Assembly: GCF_039654945.1 (NCBI RefSeq)
Contig: NW_027361733.1
Coordinates: 24,180,001-24,244,000, forward strand
Length of the DNA: 64,000 nt
Direction: 5' to 3'
Origin: Dendrobates tinctorius
Taxonomy: Eukaryota
Shown: positions 61,440 to 64,000 of the stretch, one piece after another
How positions within the stretch are numbered: the first letter of the stretch is position 1
Layout of the letters: every line of letters starts with the position of its first letter
Notes under the pieces: generated by a model
Told to the model about the DNA's origin: nothing
The model's input: only the letters and a program-made list of their open reading frames with translations
Database searches by the model: none
Made by a program: the position numbers and the translations under genes

Positions 61440-62460
61440 GCCTATGAAGAGCACGACCCAGCAGACCCGCCTAGGTTCTATGGGGACCCTAAAGAGTGCC
61501 AAGGGTTTCTGAAAAAGCGCCAGTGTGGAGAAGGTGACTTGACGGACAGACCTGACTGGAAGTAGGAGGGGACGATTTGTGCACTACCGATGAAGATTGG
61601 CAATGACAGAAAGGTAACAGCAGGGAAAGACAGAAAAAGGAGTGCAGTACCGAAATTTGACCACAAGATGGCAGGGGGGAGTATAGTTCAGGACTTAACA
61701 TCAGCTTAGGGCTATAGAAACTGCTTAGTCATGGGGAGTGGGGAGATAGGAACCCAGGTAGAAAATTCCCAGTGAGAGAGGGGATAAATAGGACTAGTTG
61801 GGGTTCAAGAGGCTAGGTTAGTCCGGGGAGGAGCTCAGCAGAGGAAGACTCAGGACAGAAGATGGAGAACGGTAAAGAGCTCGACCAGGGGACAGACAGG
61901 AGAAGACAGGGGGGTGGCCCTGGCACGACATACCGCAGGACAGACGAAGCCCCGGGGGTACTGATTGGACGACGACCTTGGGCAGGTGAAGCGCTGGCAG
62001 TAGTTTGGTCTAGGACAGCCCCAGCGAAAGATCCACGAGGGACGTCATCACGACTAAAGGAAAGGTGAAAGGTACCCGGGCCTGGAAACGGAGTGCTGTA
62101 AAGGAACTGCGGTGCATGGCTAAGGTTATCAGGAGGACGGCCAATAAACCCGGATCTGTTACAACTGAATTCTGCCTCCGTCTCGTCTTTGCATCGTCCG
62201 GTCGTGGTAAGCAGTGGACCACCTCCCAATCCCAGCCCCTACCACACCTGCACTACATCCTGCAGAATGCAGCTTTTTTCCCCTCTGACCGGGTCAAGGT
62301 GGGATACATCATGTCCTACCTAGCTGGTGATGCCTTGATGTGGATCTGTCCACTTTGGGAAGCAGGGGACCCTGTCGTCATGAGCCTGGGGGCCTTCCTG
62401 GTGGCCTTCTGTAAAGTGTTCGACATGCCTCGTCCAGCTGCTCCTGAAAAGTCATCCCCT
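61440..62460 (+). mobile_element. Decayed Gypsy gag fragments split by a further insertion
   Basis: DPPRFYGDPKECQGFL (~61463-61510) and FPSDRVKVGYIMSYLAGDALMW...FCKVFD (~62275-62425). Confidence 0.6.
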
Positions 62461-62615
62461 CCAAGCTTCCAGAGACAGACCAGACAAGAGGAACCTGTGA
62501 GTGAATCGTCTCAACCGCCTGTGACCGTCCCTGACACTCCTGTTCCACAGGCTGCCAAGTCGGCCTCCCGTGTAAGATCCAAGCCGTCTAAGAAAAAGTG
62601 GCTGGCAAGCTTGCA

Positions 62616-63260
62616 TGTCAGAGACACCGCACTACACTTGCTCATAGAGCCAGTGCACGTGTCCTGAGTACAGAAGCAGTGCTAAGAGTTACCTGGGGAG
62701 CAGGGCAGCAGAGGTGACAAAGCGTGCTTCAACTAATAGTGTCAGAGAAGCCAGAGAACTCAGATTATGGCAAAGCAGAAGTCATGCACGGTACAGACCA
62801 GCGAGGTACAGGAGGGAAAAAACAGACGGGAGGTCAGACAAAGCAAAAGGTCATACACAAGATATCAGTACAGTACCAAGGAGGAGACAGAGCGGATAAT
62901 CAGGGCCAAGCAGAGATCAAAACCAAACAGACATAGGAGGTACCAGGCAGAATCCAAAGCGATATCCAGGGAACAGACCGAGTCATACACAGAGAATCAA
63001 GCAACCAGAACACAGCACTAACACACTCAGGGGTCACCACACAATGCCAAGGGCAAGAGTATAACTGACAGGGATGGGAGCGTCCTGAGGCTATAAGAAG
63101 CCTCCCCCAGAACCAGGGAGAGGCCACAATCATAGCCCCAGGTGTGCAGGTAAGCCTGCATCGGGATCACAACCTTTAACCCCAGAAATGTCAGTCATCA
63201 GCACTGGTTCCAAACATTAACCCCACGTGTGCGAGTCAAACCCGCACTGAGATCATGACA
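62616..63260 (-). mobile_element. Solo LTR with 5-bp TSD
   Basis: TGTCA...TGACA termini flanked by TTGCA on both sides (62611-62615 and 63261-63265). Confidence 0.8.
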
Positions 63261-64000
63261 TTGCAGCCACAATCTGGTCTGGTGAAGGAACATCCTGACG
63301 GTCTCTGTCCTGTGAATCCAATGACTGTTTCTCTGCCTTCAGGGAGCTTTGGTGTGTATAAACCGCCAGCCATACGGAGTCAGTGTGTGGTCTCTGTCAT
63401 ACAGCTCCCAAAGCCGACGTGGGCATTGTCTTGAGGTGGCCGAGCCCTATCGGGGAACAGTCTAGTCCTACAAGGACAACTACAGCTTCAGGTCGGAGCT
63501 TTATACATGAAGAAGTTCATCTTCCACTTGTTGACTGGTATGCCCATGGGTCATTCTGAACCAGAGATCCTTGTGCCCATTTACGTCTGGAGACCCAGCA
63601 GGGCACCGCTCTTGAAAAAACCAAGGGACAAGAGGTGTCTGGTTCCCTTGCGTTGCATTCAGTCAGCAAGGTCGTCTTCTTCGCCTGGTTCGCTAGTCGC
63701 CGAGTCAAGGTGTTATGATGCCTCTAAAGAGGGGGAGGTGGTCTTTGTCTCCTCACACATCCCCAGCGACTATACCGGTCATCTGCTCCCTGGAGCATCC
63801 CTGCCTCTTGATTGTCTTCCCCAGGATAAAGGGTTGAAGATGGATCCATCCGGAGTATATGCCTTCAGCTTCCCTGTGGCCTAGTGGTGAAGGTCTCAAG
63901 ACAGACAGAGCTTCACTCAACCTCTAACCAGGAGGTAGTCCAGTTTTTTCAGGGTAACAGGCTGAAATGGCTCCCTGTATATATGCCTCCAGCTTCCATG

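Overview
This is vertebrate genomic DNA, most likely a frog; the taxon is inferred from the repeat families and the gene set. I assembled three complete intron-containing genes by hand from GT-AG boundaries. (1) A 15-exon BPI/LBP-family lipid-binding protein gene (+, 4202-26996, 492 aa). (2) COX4I2 (+, 35642-38888, 174 aa). (3) BCL2L1/Bcl-xL (-, 54140-49262, 208 aa), with a CpG-rich promoter near 57.1-57.3 kb. The rest is dense in transposable elements: Ty3/Gypsy LTR elements and solo LTRs, Tc1/mariner, hAT, Harbinger and TTAA-type MITEs, a CR1 LINE, a V-SINE and minisatellites. The most striking pattern is a recurring 'fold-back' architecture of Penelope-like (PLE) retroelement insertions, seen at 10.15-11.33 kb, 29.57-30.97 kb and about 33.84-34.04 kb. 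Each is a palindrome plus a short unpaired 3' tail, with 13-14 bp target-site duplications (TSDs) in the two young copies. All carry hammerhead-ribozyme (HHR) sequence, and in two of the three the turn-around point lies in the ribozyme. Two more lone HHRs occur, one sense-oriented in BCL2L1 intron 1. A non-autonomous LTR element shows a Tf1/sushi-type self-priming signature. All coordinates were read by eye; no searches were run.
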